Assembly: GCA_965200905.1 (NCBI GenBank)
Contig: CBDAVN010000015.1
Coordinates: 112,332-136,331 of the forward strand
Source: Psychrosphaera sp.
GTDB taxonomy: Bacteria > Pseudomonadota > Gammaproteobacteria > Enterobacterales > Alteromonadaceae
Reading direction: 5' to 3'
Length of the DNA: 24,000 nt
Every line of letters begins with the position of its first letter. Positions within the stretch are counted from its first letter, which is position 1. This document shows, one piece after another, positions 1 to 10,002 of this stretch. A program made the translations under genes and the position numbers. The notes under the pieces are model-generated. The model saw only the letters and a program-made list of their open reading frames with translations. It had not been told where the DNA came from and searched no databases.

Positions 1-2799
1 TGAATGGTCGTAGCTCAAAGCCACTGCACTATCGACAATAACAGGTGATTGGTTGATATGAAATTCAATTTCCGCTAACTCAATTCTAAAACCTCTGATC
101 TTAATCTGTTGATCAGTCCTACCTAAACACTCCATATCTACAATCTGGCCAGAGTCATCCGTTAACCAACGAACTTTATCGCCAGTACGATACTTTCTAC
201 TAATTTGCTCACCACACAAAGACAAAGACTGGTACTTTTCCTGATTTAGTTCAGGCCTGTTGTGATAACCTCTGGCGACACCATCACCTGCAATCAACAA
301 TTCCCCGACTACACCTGGAGCAACCAGCTGCATATTGTCATCAACCACATAGAATTGTGTATTGGCAATAGGTAAACCAATAGTGACTTTATCAGTAATA
401 CGTTTAACAGAAGACCACACCGTAGTTTCCGTTGGGCCATACATATTCCATAACGACAAATACTGTTGTTGCAGTAATTGCTCTTTAAGGTCAAGTGGCA
501 TAGCTTCTCCACCACACATAGCCTTAAAGTTACTACGACTTTGCCAACCGTTATTTAACAGCATCTTCCAAGTCGCTGGAGTCGCTTGCATCATCGTGAC
601 GCTATGTTTTTCGAGCAAAGCTGTAAGCAGTTCTGGCGACATCGAATCATCTCTGGACGCGATAACGACTCGAGCACCACATATTAGCGGCAAAAGTAAT
701 TCCAAAACGTGAATATCAAATGACAAAGATGTGATTGCAAGCAAACAGTCATCCTGCTCAATGCCAGGCTGGGACTGCATAGAACAAAGGAAATTAGTCA
801 GATTTTTATGTTCAACTTGTACTCCCTTAGGGTTGCCAGTCGAACCTGAAGTATAAATCATATAAGCTAAACTTGCTGGTTCTACTTTACGATTTAGATT
901 ATCTAAGCCTAACGAACCAAGCTGTTGTTCATTACTAAAATGGTCGAAACATACCAATAACTGTTGTTCAAACAAGCTAGTTGCTGTTTGTTGCTCTGAA
1001 ATAACCCTTTTAGCATTGGCATCTTGTAGCATATAATTGAGGCGTTCTTGAGGATAATCAGGATCTAATGGCAAGTAACATGCCCCCAATTTGTGCAATG
1101 CAATAACAGCAATCAACAAACGTTCTGAACGACTAAGGCAGATCCCTATTGTATCCCCCTTGACTACACCACAACCTTTCAGGTACCTAGCAAATTGATT
1201 AGCTTGTTGGTTCAACTGCTCATAACTCAGAGAATTACTTTGATAGGTCACCGCTACTTGATGAGGTGTGAGTGTAACCTGTCGTTCAAATAACTGATAA
1301 AAACATAGCTTATATGGAGGTTTCCTATCCTTTTGATTCGGCTGTTGAAGTAACTGATATAGACTTTCATCTAGTAATTGGATTGATGCTATGTGTTGTT
1401 CAGGTGACGCAATGATGGCACAGAGTAAGTTTTCAAATACTGCAGACATTTGTTTAATACTGTGCTGGTGAAATAAGTCAGTGGCAAACTCCCAACGCAG
1501 TTGCAAACTTTCTTTTTGCTGTTGAATATCAAGTGTTAGATCGTACTTAGCAACACTATATTTCTGTGTAACAAGTTCACCATACAGCCCAGATAGATCA
1601 ACGACGCTATCCGCTTCGCCTTGCATTGCAATCATCACTTGGAAAAGCGGACTGTAACTAAGTTCACGATTAGGTTTAATCTCATTAACTATAGCTTCAA
1701 AAGGAACGTCTTGATTTTTGAAAGCCCCTAATAATGTCCCATGGTTATTCGCTAGTACTTCTAAAAAGCTTGATTCTGGATTAATTTCATTACGTAATAT
1801 TAGTGGATTTAAGAAACAGCCTATTACTCCTTCATAATCACTGTTCAAACGCTGTGAAGCAGGTGTACCAGTAACAATGTCAGAACTTCCAGTATACTTA
1901 TGCAGGAGCACAGCAAACGCGCTCTGAAGTACTGTAAACAGTGTTGTTTGTTGTTCATTAGCTAGCGCTATAAGCTTTTTATATAAATCGCCAGAAATGC
2001 AGTGATAAATGGACTTACCTCTAAAACTTTGAATATTAGGACGAACCTTGTCTAACGGCAAGTTATGCACTTCAGGCAGTTTATCTAAATGTTTGCGCCA
2101 ATATGCTAACTGATGGTCAAGACGACCATTACTAACTTCAAAATTAATATTATTTGCATAGTCAAGATACTGCTTTTTTGGCGAGGGCAGAGCTTGACTA
2201 GAGCGCTTGAGTAAGCTGTGATACTCAAGTTGTAATTCCTTAAGTAACAACTCTATAGATAAACCATCTGCTGCAATATGATGTAGAGTTATTAACAAAG
2301 CACTCTTATTACCGAATACGATTTGTTTAGCTCTAATCATTAAATCGGTCTGTAAATTGAAGGTTTTAGCAACTTCCTGTTCTGAAGTTTGCTGTAAAAA
2401 TTGTTGCTCTTGTGATTCAGAAAGATCTGATATAGATTCAACAGTCAACTCAAATACAGCATTGTCTAACTTTTGTTGCTGGGCAACTCCAGACTCTTCT
2501 TGATAAACCGTCATCAGCACTTGATGACGTTCTATGATTCGTTGCAAACTCTCTTGCAATAAACGAGGCTGAGGTACTCCATCAAATTTAATCAACAAGG
2601 GAATGTTATACTGTGCACTACCTGACTGGAGCTTATCAAACAGCCAAATCCGCTGTTGAGCTGGAGACAGGTTGCCTTTATGCGAAGCTACTGACGGAAA
2701 TTCCTGAGTAATCATTGATTTTGAGTTTTTATTGGCAGCTAGCAATTTCAGTAGCTTGGCGCGTTTCTGTTCAATCAATGTTGTAGAGTCAGATGCCAT
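1..2799 (-). CDS. Non-ribosomal peptide synthetase, N-terminal part (condensation domain then adenylation domain); gene continues past the left edge of the window
   Basis: Absent from the ORF track because it runs off the window. My translation from ATG at 2799 (AAGGA about 7 nt upstream) reads MASDSTTLIEQKRAKLLKLLAANKNSKS...LSPAQQRIWLFDKLQSGSAQYNIPLLIKF. It contains the C-domain His motif LHHIAADGLS and A-domain cores AYMIYTSGSTGNPKGV (A3), SLSFDIHVLELLLPL (A4), NMYGPTETTVWSS (A5), YRTGDKVRW (A7) and GRTDQQIKIRGFRIELAEIE (A8). The frame stays open to base 1. Confidence 0.9.
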   Translation of the reverse strand, partial: MASDSTTLIEQKRAKLLKLLAANKNSKSMITQEFPSVASHKGNLSPAQQRIWLFDKLQSGSAQYNIPLLIKFDGVPQPRLLQESLQRIIERHQVLMTVYQEESGVAQQQKLDNAVFELTVESISDLSESQEQQFLQQTSEQEVAKTFNLQTDLMIRAKQIVFGNKSALLITLHHIAADGLSIELLLKELQLEYHSLLKRSSQALPSPKKQYLDYANNINFEVSNGRLDHQLAYWRKHLDKLPEVHNLPLDKVRPNIQSFRGKSIYHCISGDLYKKLIALANEQQTTLFTVLQSAFAVLLHKYTGSSDIVTGTPASQRLNSDYEGVIGCFLNPLILRNEINPESSFLEVLANNHGTLLGAFKNQDVPFEAIVNEIKPNRELSYSPLFQVMIAMQGEADSVVDLSGLYGELVTQKYSVAKYDLTLDIQQQKESLQLRWEFATDLFHQHSIKQMSAVFENLLCAIIASPEQHIASIQLLDESLYQLLQQPNQKDRKPPYKLCFYQLFERQVTLTPHQVAVTYQSNSLSYEQLNQQANQFARYLKGCGVVKGDTIGICLSRSERLLIAVIALHKLGACYLPLDPDYPQERLNYMLQDANAKRVISEQQTATSLFEQQLLVCFDHFSNEQQLGSLGLDNLNRKVEPASLAYMIYTSGSTGNPKGVQVEHKNLTNFLCSMQSQPGIEQDDCLLAITSLSFDIHVLELLLPLICGARVVIASRDDSMSPELLTALLEKHSVTMMQATPATWKMLLNNGWQSRSNFKAMCGGEAMPLDLKEQLLQQQYLSLWNMYGPTETTVWSSVKRITDKVTIGLPIANTQFYVVDDNMQLVAPGVVGELLIAGDGVARGYHNRPELNQEKYQSLSLCGEQISRKYRTGDKVRWLTDDSGQIVDMECLGRTDQQIKIRGFRIELAEIEFHINQSPVIVDSAVALSYDHS

Positions 2800-2851
2800 A
2801 GTATTGTCCTTAAAACGTAAGATGTTAAATAAGTTATTAAAATAGAGCGCG

Positions 2852-5800
2852 TTAAAGTAGCTCTAAGTATTTATCTAATTGTTGTTCTGAAAGTTGATTT
2901 AATCTCTCACTAAGTTCTATCTGTTGCGCAACTTCTGTTGCAGAGCTAAGAGCGATTAACGCACCTAACTCTGCTAATTCATCAATATAGGCAGCGATTC
3001 TATGTAATGTTTTCAACTCAAATATTTCAGCAATACTGATCTCAACGGAAAACATTTGTTCAACCTTGGAACAGAGTCGAATGGCTAAAATGGAGTGTCC
3101 CCCAGACTGAAAAAAGTTTGCATTACGGGAGATGGTGCCGCTTTCTTGGTTTAATAATTCAGCCCATAGGCTAGCAAGGGATAACTCAGTAGCAGACTCG
3201 CAAGGTATTATGTGCTCGGGAGCAGCTATAATATCGGGCAACTTCAGCGCTTTACGATCAACCTTTCCGTTAGCATTTACAGGAAATTCCTCCATTAACA
3301 CAAAGCTACTTGGCTGCATATGTTCTGCCAATACCGAAGCTGACAATTGCAATAGGTAATGTGCCGAAAGTGTAGAGTAAGTAGCTGTGACGTAAGCAAT
3401 TATACGAGTCTCAGCTTCATTACGTTGATCTGCAACTACAACTGCAGATTCGATCTCAGGTAAGCTTTGCAACACTTTTTCAATCTCGCCTAGCTCAACT
3501 CTAAACCCCCTGATGTTAACCTGATCATCTGTACGACCGAGAAAGATCAGCTGGTCATTTTGATCAAGTCTAACTCGGTCGCCAGTTCGGTAAATACGGT
3601 TTTGGCCATCACAGCTCCAAGCTAAAGTTGTGAATGCTTTATCAGTGGTATCTTTAAGTCCTAGGTAACCATCTGCGAGTCGAGTTCCTGAAATACAAAG
3701 CTCACCAGACTCCCCAGGAGGAACTAGGTTTAGCTCTTCATTGAGAATATACTGAAAACTATCACCAACGGGGTTACCCAAGGCAACCGATCCTTCGCTA
3801 TTATATATCTCTGCGCTTTCTGCACTATCTAAGCAAGCTAAATGGCTAGTAATACATGCCTCTGTAGGACCATATGCATTAAACAACTTGCACTGTTCAA
3901 AACGATTATAACGCCGCCAAATAGCAATAATTTCAGGTGGAAAAATCTCACCACCTAGTATTACTCGAGATAAGTGGCTTTGCTGCCAAAACTCCTGGTC
4001 TGCAGCTAATCTAGGCAGTACTTCTCTAGCATAGCTGCCAGGTAGGTCAATTGAGGTTACCTCAGTTTGTAATAGCCAGTTTCTGAACTTTTCAGCGCTT
4101 AACAAGTCTGGAGCACGAACCACCAAAGTAGCACCACTGCACAAAGCCGTAAAAATCTGTTCGTAAGCTGTATCAGAGCCAATACTAGCAAACTGTAAGA
4201 TTCGATCTTTACTATTATATTGATATTCAACTACGGCATTATAAATGTGATGAGATAGCGCTTTGTGTCCCATTACAACGCCTTTAGGGCTGCCTGTTGA
4301 ACCAGATGTGTATATCACGTAGGCTGGGTTAACCGATTCGATAAAAGCCGACTTAGACTTGCATTCAAGCGGACTTTGCTTGCAGTCCATTAGAGTTAGA
4401 GTAGAGCAGTCCAGCTGCGTCAATTGGCTATCCCCCTCATTGCTATGCAAAATGAGCGATAGCCCAGCATCTTGCTGAATTGCCTGCAACCTACTCAAAG
4501 GTAGTTTGGGGTCCATAGGCACAAAGCCAAAGCCAGCTTTCAAAACAGCGAGTATAGCTGTTACAAACTCAACACCTTGGGACAAACAAACCCCGATCAG
4601 AGGGGGATTTATAGCGTGAGTATGTATGCAGCTAGCAAGTTCGGTGGCACGTTGATTAAGCTGTTGATAAGAAATCTGTTGTTGTCCGTCCAGAATTGCA
4701 ATTTTTTCTCCAAACCTCTCCGCCTGTGCACTAAACAACTGCTCAATGTTTTGCGAATCACTATTATTACTTAACTGATTGGAAGGCTTTAATAGCTTCA
4801 ATTTTTCGTCTGGTGTGACTAGCTCTATTGCTGCAACAGGAGTTTCTAGTGAAGCATTGCTGACTTGATGAAATATATGAAGTAACCTTTCCGCTAAAGC
4901 TTCACCCTGCTCTGGTGTATAATAATCAAGTCTGAAGTCAACGTTAATCCAATGAGGCTGTTGCTCTCCCCAGTCACAAAGTGAAATCTCCAAAGGATTA
5001 GTTTGGCTGTTACCCTTAAGGTAAGCTATATGTGCAGACTCATCAGTAAATCTAAGTTTAGTATCGTAGCTAATATAGTTAGCATCTACCTGTACGAAAT
5101 TATCAACATCACGGCCATATTTTCTAACCAAACGTTGAATATGGCTTACAGGCATATTAGCGTGGCGCATATACTCGCGAATAGTACGCTTAACACACTG
5201 AAAAAGCTCTCCTATTGTATTGACTTCATTAAAGTCAAAGCAACAAGGCACTACCCCTGAAAACATTCCCATCATATGTCGATATGCCTTAGGCCGACGA
5301 TGCATAGGTATTCCCATCATAAATCTAGGTTGACTCTTTACTTTCCAATAATACAGAGCTACTACAGCAGTATGCACCACGCCTAGACTGACCTTGTTCT
5401 GCCGTGCAAATGACTCTAACGATTGCTGTAATTTGGGAGCAAACGTTTTGGTCACTCGCAAACTATCAAACTCATTGCTCTCTTTGTTGATTTGTTTATG
5501 AATGAGTGGATTTGGCAGCGATGCGAGCTGTGTTTGCCAGAACTCCTGATCTTGCTGATACTGCTCCGAGTCAATATAAGCATTATCCTGTTCATGATAG
5601 CTTTGAAACTTGAGCGGCTCTGGCACAGCCGAAATATCTTCACCATTGAACAGCGCTCTATAATAAGCTTCGACCTGCTTCAGTAAATACAAAATACCAA
5701 AGCCATCCGTCAGAATATGATGAACCTTAGTAACCCAAACATGACGCTCATCAGGTAACCTAATTAAACTAAACTTTATTAATCTATCAGTACCTAAGTT

Positions 5801-6133
5801 AAATGGTTTATTACGACATTCTTTAATCCAGCTATCCAACTTTTGATTGCAATCGTCGGCTGATGAAAAATCAATAACTTCAAATGGAGTATCATTGAAT
5901 TTATCGTAATGCTGAATGCCACTATCACCAAAGACATCAATACCTGACCTGAGCACATCAATGTTATTCACAGCGAAAGTTAAAGCTTGTTCAAACAACT
6001 CAAGTTTAAGGTCACCACGAATATCAGCCATTAGCACTAAGTTATAGAGCGGGCTATCTGGTAAAGTTAACTGCTCAAAATAAATAGGAACCTGAGCTGA
6101 GGTTAGAGGTTGTCGCACATCACGCATTTCCAC
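2852..6133 (-). CDS. Non-ribosomal peptide synthetase, one C-A-T module (1093 aa), first gene of the minus-strand NRPS operon
   Basis: ORF track protein. C domain has HHILTDGFG. A-domain cores are YVIYTSGSTGSPKGV (A3), NAYGPTEA (A5), GELCISGTRLADGY (A6), YRTGDRV (A7), GRTDDQVNIRGFRVELGEIE (A8) and NGKVDRKAL (A10). Carrier domain has FFQSGGHSILAIRL. A helical C-terminal tail of about 55 aa (..LSEQQLDKYLELL) looks like a docking helix, matched by the helical N-terminus of the downstream NRPS. Confidence 0.95.
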   Translation of the reverse strand: MEMRDVRQPLTSAQVPIYFEQLTLPDSPLYNLVLMADIRGDLKLELFEQALTFAVNNIDVLRSGIDVFGDSGIQHYDKFNDTPFEVIDFSSADDCNQKLDSWIKECRNKPFNLGTDRLIKFSLIRLPDERHVWVTKVHHILTDGFGILYLLKQVEAYYRALFNGEDISAVPEPLKFQSYHEQDNAYIDSEQYQQDQEFWQTQLASLPNPLIHKQINKESNEFDSLRVTKTFAPKLQQSLESFARQNKVSLGVVHTAVVALYYWKVKSQPRFMMGIPMHRRPKAYRHMMGMFSGVVPCCFDFNEVNTIGELFQCVKRTIREYMRHANMPVSHIQRLVRKYGRDVDNFVQVDANYISYDTKLRFTDESAHIAYLKGNSQTNPLEISLCDWGEQQPHWINVDFRLDYYTPEQGEALAERLLHIFHQVSNASLETPVAAIELVTPDEKLKLLKPSNQLSNNSDSQNIEQLFSAQAERFGEKIAILDGQQQISYQQLNQRATELASCIHTHAINPPLIGVCLSQGVEFVTAILAVLKAGFGFVPMDPKLPLSRLQAIQQDAGLSLILHSNEGDSQLTQLDCSTLTLMDCKQSPLECKSKSAFIESVNPAYVIYTSGSTGSPKGVVMGHKALSHHIYNAVVEYQYNSKDRILQFASIGSDTAYEQIFTALCSGATLVVRAPDLLSAEKFRNWLLQTEVTSIDLPGSYAREVLPRLAADQEFWQQSHLSRVILGGEIFPPEIIAIWRRYNRFEQCKLFNAYGPTEACITSHLACLDSAESAEIYNSEGSVALGNPVGDSFQYILNEELNLVPPGESGELCISGTRLADGYLGLKDTTDKAFTTLAWSCDGQNRIYRTGDRVRLDQNDQLIFLGRTDDQVNIRGFRVELGEIEKVLQSLPEIESAVVVADQRNEAETRIIAYVTATYSTLSAHYLLQLSASVLAEHMQPSSFVLMEEFPVNANGKVDRKALKLPDIIAAPEHIIPCESATELSLASLWAELLNQESGTISRNANFFQSGGHSILAIRLCSKVEQMFSVEISIAEIFELKTLHRIAAYIDELAELGALIALSSATEVAQQIELSERLNQLSEQQLDKYLELL

Positions 6134-6273
6134 ACTCCTGTAAGAAAATTGGCTTGAATCACTGCTTAACCAAATACTAGAAATTAAGTCTCAAAACTAG
6201 CTAGCAGCGATTACAACTGATGCCTAGTTTGCAAAATTGACTTCGCACTTTACTCCTGCAGTCAATTTTAGAA

Positions 6274-6293
6274 ACCTGCAAGATCTAGCAGTA
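6274..6293. promoter_or_regulatory. lux-box-like 20-bp dyad (ACCTGCAAGATCTAGCAGTA) in the divergent NRPS / aminotransferase-operon promoter region
   Basis: CTGC-N8-GCAG dyad; 14 of 20 positions are self-complementary. It has the ACCTG...CAG architecture of the V. fischeri lux box (ACCTGTAGGATCGTACAGGT). It lies between start codons at 6133 (-) and 6388 (+). A -10-like TAGACT at 6314-6319 would put the dyad centre near -42.5 for the plus operon. TAAAGT (minus strand, 6247-6252) would do about the same for the NRPS operon. Confidence 0.55.
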
Positions 6294-6387
6294 TCGTATT
6301 TCACGGTTATCACTAGACTAAATCTCGATAATTTTTGGAGCACTCCTCCGAAGTTGAGTCCATTACTTTCTAAGACGGGGTCTAGCG

Positions 6388-7692
6388 ATGAACAGGGATA
6401 CACAAAAAAGCAATAACGAAACTGAATTTCACAATATAGAATCAGAGGTCAGGTATTACAGTCGTCAGTACCCAGTCGTATTTGATGGCGCCAAAGATCA
6501 CTTGCTAATAACAGACTCAGGTGAGCAATATATCGACTTCTTATCAGGAGCAGGCTCACTCAATTATGGCCACAATCCCGATAGCATCATGAAAGAAGTA
6601 ATTAGCTATTTACAAAAGTCGAAAGTACTCAATTCACTCGATCTAGATACTAGTGCCAAGCGAGCTTTTATTACTGCTTTGAACGATATTATTCTCAAAC
6701 CTCGAGCCTTAGATTACAAAATTCAGTTTACTGGCCCAACTGGAACTAATGCTATAGAAGCTGCGCTTAAGCTCGCTCGAAAAGTAACTCAACGACAAAA
6801 CATTATCGCCTTTACTAATGGTTTTCATGGCATGACTCTCGGAGCATTAGCTGCTACAGGTAGTAGTGGTAAAAGGCAGGGGGCAGGAATTGGTTTATAT
6901 GGTATTACTCATATGCCATTTGATGGATATTACGGTGAGACAATCAACACCATTGAACTTATAGAACGTCATTTACAGGATACAAGTAGTGGGTTAGAAC
7001 TCCCAGCAGCTTTTCTGGTTGAAACAGTACAAGGCGAAGGAGGCCTTAACACAGCCAGTGACGATTGGTTAAAAGCCCTGTCTCAACTAGCTAAACGCTA
7101 TAACATATTACTTATTATTGATGACATACAGGCTGGCTGTGGTCGTACAGGCAAATTCTTTAGCTTTGAAGGGGCTGGGATCAACCCAGACATCGTCTGT
7201 TTGTCAAAGTCTATCAGTGGCTGTGGGCTGCCAATGGCTATCACCTTATTAAAACCTGAACTTGATATCTGGCAGCCCGGGGAACATAACGGCACATTCC
7301 GTGGCAACAACTTAGCATTTGTTGCGGCTCGAGCAGCGCTTGAATTTTGGAACAACAACATGTTTGAAGCGCAAATTGGTAAAAAATCAGCCCTTGTGCA
7401 TGAACAATTATCAGCAGCAATAGTTGAGCTACCATCCTCTCAAGCTAAAGTTGTAGGAAAAGGGCTATTAAAAGGGGTAGAGTTTCAAGACCCCACTATA
7501 GCCACCCAAGTCATGCATCTAGCGTTTGAACAGGGACTTATCTTAGAAACTTGTGGCTCCTGTGACCAAGTTATTAAATTGATGCCTCCGATCAACATAA
7601 CAGAAAGTGCACTTAATCAAGGCCTTACCATCGCTAGAAATGCTATCACTAAAGCAATAACTCCTCTTATTGAACAAGCAGCAAGTAGTTAA
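6388..7692 (+). CDS. Diaminobutyrate--2-oxoglutarate aminotransferase family (EctB/PvdH/Dat-like class III PLP aminotransferase)
   Basis: 434 aa. The N-terminal IESEVRYYSRQYPVVF signature is typical of DABA aminotransferases. Class III aminotransferase motifs are present: GSLNYGHNP, DDIQAGCGRTG and CLSKSISG (Schiff-base Lys). Confidence 0.85.
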   Translation: MNRDTQKSNNETEFHNIESEVRYYSRQYPVVFDGAKDHLLITDSGEQYIDFLSGAGSLNYGHNPDSIMKEVISYLQKSKVLNSLDLDTSAKRAFITALNDIILKPRALDYKIQFTGPTGTNAIEAALKLARKVTQRQNIIAFTNGFHGMTLGALAATGSSGKRQGAGIGLYGITHMPFDGYYGETINTIELIERHLQDTSSGLELPAAFLVETVQGEGGLNTASDDWLKALSQLAKRYNILLIIDDIQAGCGRTGKFFSFEGAGINPDIVCLSKSISGCGLPMAITLLKPELDIWQPGEHNGTFRGNNLAFVAARAALEFWNNNMFEAQIGKKSALVHEQLSAAIVELPSSQAKVVGKGLLKGVEFQDPTIATQVMHLAFEQGLILETCGSCDQVIKLMPPINITESALNQGLTIARNAITKAITPLIEQAASS

Positions 7693-7713
7693 TAAGCAGC
7701 ATCGGAGAACAAG

Positions 7714-10002
7714 GTGATATTTGAACAAATTGCCAAAACGATTTTACGCCATAGGTTAAAGTCTATTTTACTGACTTTAGCTATCATTGCGGTGCTGTTT
7801 CAGAGCATCGCAAAATTGTCCTTTACTAACGATTATGCAGCCCAATTTGGTGAGAAAAATCCACAATACCTAGCCTATGAAACGCTACTTGCTCAATATG
7901 AAAATACCGATAATATTCTGATCGCAATTAGGCCCTATGATAAAAATGTATTCAGCCAGCAAAGCTTAGAGATAATAACTCGATTAACAAAACTGGCCTG
8001 GAAAACACCTTATTCAAGGAGAGTTGATTCAATTAGTAACTTTGTCTACACCTACGGCGAAGAGGATGATGTCATTTCTGAACCTCTATTTGAACATTAT
8101 CAACAACTAACTGAGCAACAAATCAAAGCAAGGGCTGATTACGCAACTTCAGAGCCAACATTAAAAAATGTTTTGGTGTCTGAAGATGGTAAAACTGCCG
8201 CTGTTAATATCACTGTAGTGCTACCTAAAGCGAACTTTGTCGATGAAGTCTATCAAGCTAACGAATACATAATTTCTACGTTAAAAACCTTACAGCAAGA
8301 GCAACAAAACTTCGACTATTACTTAGCAGGTAAAATTGTCCAAGACAGGGCATTTTTTGATGCTACTGGAGACGAATCAGCAACTCTGTTTCCGATCATG
8401 TTTATCGTAATTTTGCTAGCCATTTTTGCCATTTTGAGAAGCTTAACGGTGACGATTGCTATACTCGCAGTAGTAGTTGGCTCGGTCTTAGCAACGCTCG
8501 GAACCTTGGGTTGGATGAATTTGCAGTTAACACCTGAGGCTCTGACTGCACTAATAATGATAGCCCCTCTGGCAATAGCCGATTGTTTACATATTTACTT
8601 CATCTTTTGTAAAAAGCGAAGAGAAGGTCTTTGCACAGAGCAAGCTTGCATATTTAGCATGCAAAGCAACATAAAACCAATAGTGTTAACAAGTGTCACT
8701 ACCTCCATAGGTTTCCTCAGTATGTTACTAGTAGAGGCTCCTCCCTTTCAACATATGGGCTTAATTGTGGCTATAGGAGTCGGCTATGCACTACTGCTAT
8801 CCTTTATATTATTTGCGCCATTACTGATACTCATTAAACCTTGGCAGACACAGGCACTGTTGATCCCGAAAGTCATTAGTTTATCGGCAAAGATATTTAG
8901 CCACCACTCAAACAGAACAATAGCAGTGCTTTCGTTTCTTATCTTGGTATCACTCATAGGTTTTTGGCAAAACAAAATCGACCAAAATACATCCGAATAT
9001 TTCTCTTCGAAAATGCAATACCGTCAGGATGTAGAATGGATAAATAATAACCTTACGGGTATCAACAACATTCAGTTTTCGATCCATGCTAAACAAGCTC
9101 ATGCCATTACAGACCCTGACTATTTGCAACACCTAGAAGCGTTCAGTAACTGGTTAAGGGCACAGAATGGGGTTGTTTATGTTTCCAGTTTTGCTGACAT
9201 TATGAAACGTCTGAATATGGCTATGCATCAAAATCAGCAACAGTATTACAATTTGCCAACTCAACAAGAACTCTCATCCCAATACTTTACTCTCTATGAA
9301 ATGTCGCTGCCCTTTGGGCTTGGGTTAACCAATAGAGTCGACTTTCAAAAATCGGCAACTTTGGTCACCGTAAATCTGAAAATGTCTTCTAATCAGGAAA
9401 TAGTGCAGTTGGATAAGAGAGCCCAACAATGGATGCAGCAGAACATGCCAGAGTATATGTTTGCTAAAGGAACAGGGCCAGATATCATGTACTCCTATCA
9501 ATTGACCGAGAATATCCCCAGCCTAGTTAAAGGGTTAGCCATATCAATACTGCTGATTGCCGCTATCCTTTGTTACTCTTTGGGCTCTATCAAATTAGGA
9601 CTGATCAGCCTAATACCTAATTTTTTGCCTATTCTGATGGCTTTCGGCTTGTGGGGGTATGTAGATGGAGAAATTGGTTTATCGATTGCAATCGTAATGG
9701 GAATGACACTAGGGATTGTAGTCGATGACACAGTCCACCTAATTAGTAAGTATCGTATCGCTAGGCAACAGCTTAATTATAATCAGTTACAGGCCAGTAA
9801 TTACGCTGTAGAAATGATTGGCCCAGCTGTACTTGCGACAACGTTCATCATAGCTGCAGGCTTCTTAGTACTAACATTTTCACTTTTTACTCCTAGTGTC
9901 GAACTAGGTTTACTTACCGCTCTTATTATCGTTATCGCAGTAATTTTCGATCTGCTAATACTACCAACTATCATTGCAAAAATGGATAATCAACATGCTT
10001 AA
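7714..10002 (+). CDS. RND-superfamily inner-membrane exporter of the MMPL/HpnN (COG1033) type
   Basis: 762 aa with a GTG start at 7714 and GGAG at 7704-7707. Architecture is two blocks of about 6 TM helices, each preceded by a large soluble loop. Its pairing with a LolA-like gene immediately downstream is the usual context for this family. Confidence 0.75.
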   Translation: MIFEQIAKTILRHRLKSILLTLAIIAVLFQSIAKLSFTNDYAAQFGEKNPQYLAYETLLAQYENTDNILIAIRPYDKNVFSQQSLEIITRLTKLAWKTPYSRRVDSISNFVYTYGEEDDVISEPLFEHYQQLTEQQIKARADYATSEPTLKNVLVSEDGKTAAVNITVVLPKANFVDEVYQANEYIISTLKTLQQEQQNFDYYLAGKIVQDRAFFDATGDESATLFPIMFIVILLAIFAILRSLTVTIAILAVVVGSVLATLGTLGWMNLQLTPEALTALIMIAPLAIADCLHIYFIFCKKRREGLCTEQACIFSMQSNIKPIVLTSVTTSIGFLSMLLVEAPPFQHMGLIVAIGVGYALLLSFILFAPLLILIKPWQTQALLIPKVISLSAKIFSHHSNRTIAVLSFLILVSLIGFWQNKIDQNTSEYFSSKMQYRQDVEWINNNLTGINNIQFSIHAKQAHAITDPDYLQHLEAFSNWLRAQNGVVYVSSFADIMKRLNMAMHQNQQQYYNLPTQQELSSQYFTLYEMSLPFGLGLTNRVDFQKSATLVTVNLKMSSNQEIVQLDKRAQQWMQQNMPEYMFAKGTGPDIMYSYQLTENIPSLVKGLAISILLIAAILCYSLGSIKLGLISLIPNFLPILMAFGLWGYVDGEIGLSIAIVMGMTLGIVVDDTVHLISKYRIARQQLNYNQLQASNYAVEMIGPAVLATTFIIAAGFLVLTFSLFTPSVELGLLTALIIVIAVIFDLLILPTIIAKMDNQHA

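Noticed and set aside
309-5686. Short ORF-track entries inside or antisense to the NRPS genes (309-515, 362-712, 3132-3359, 4577-4774, 5003-5260, 5452-5646, 5492-5686)
   Set aside because: All lie within long, motif-rich NRPS reading frames on the minus strand. Their products are low-complexity with no RBS, which is typical of shadow ORFs.
9974-9994. TTG start at 9974 given by the ORF track for the LolA-like gene
   Set aside because: The ATG at 9995 gives a canonical signal peptide and an ATG/stop overlap with the upstream gene. The extra seven residues (MQKWIIN) would precede the signal peptide with no benefit.
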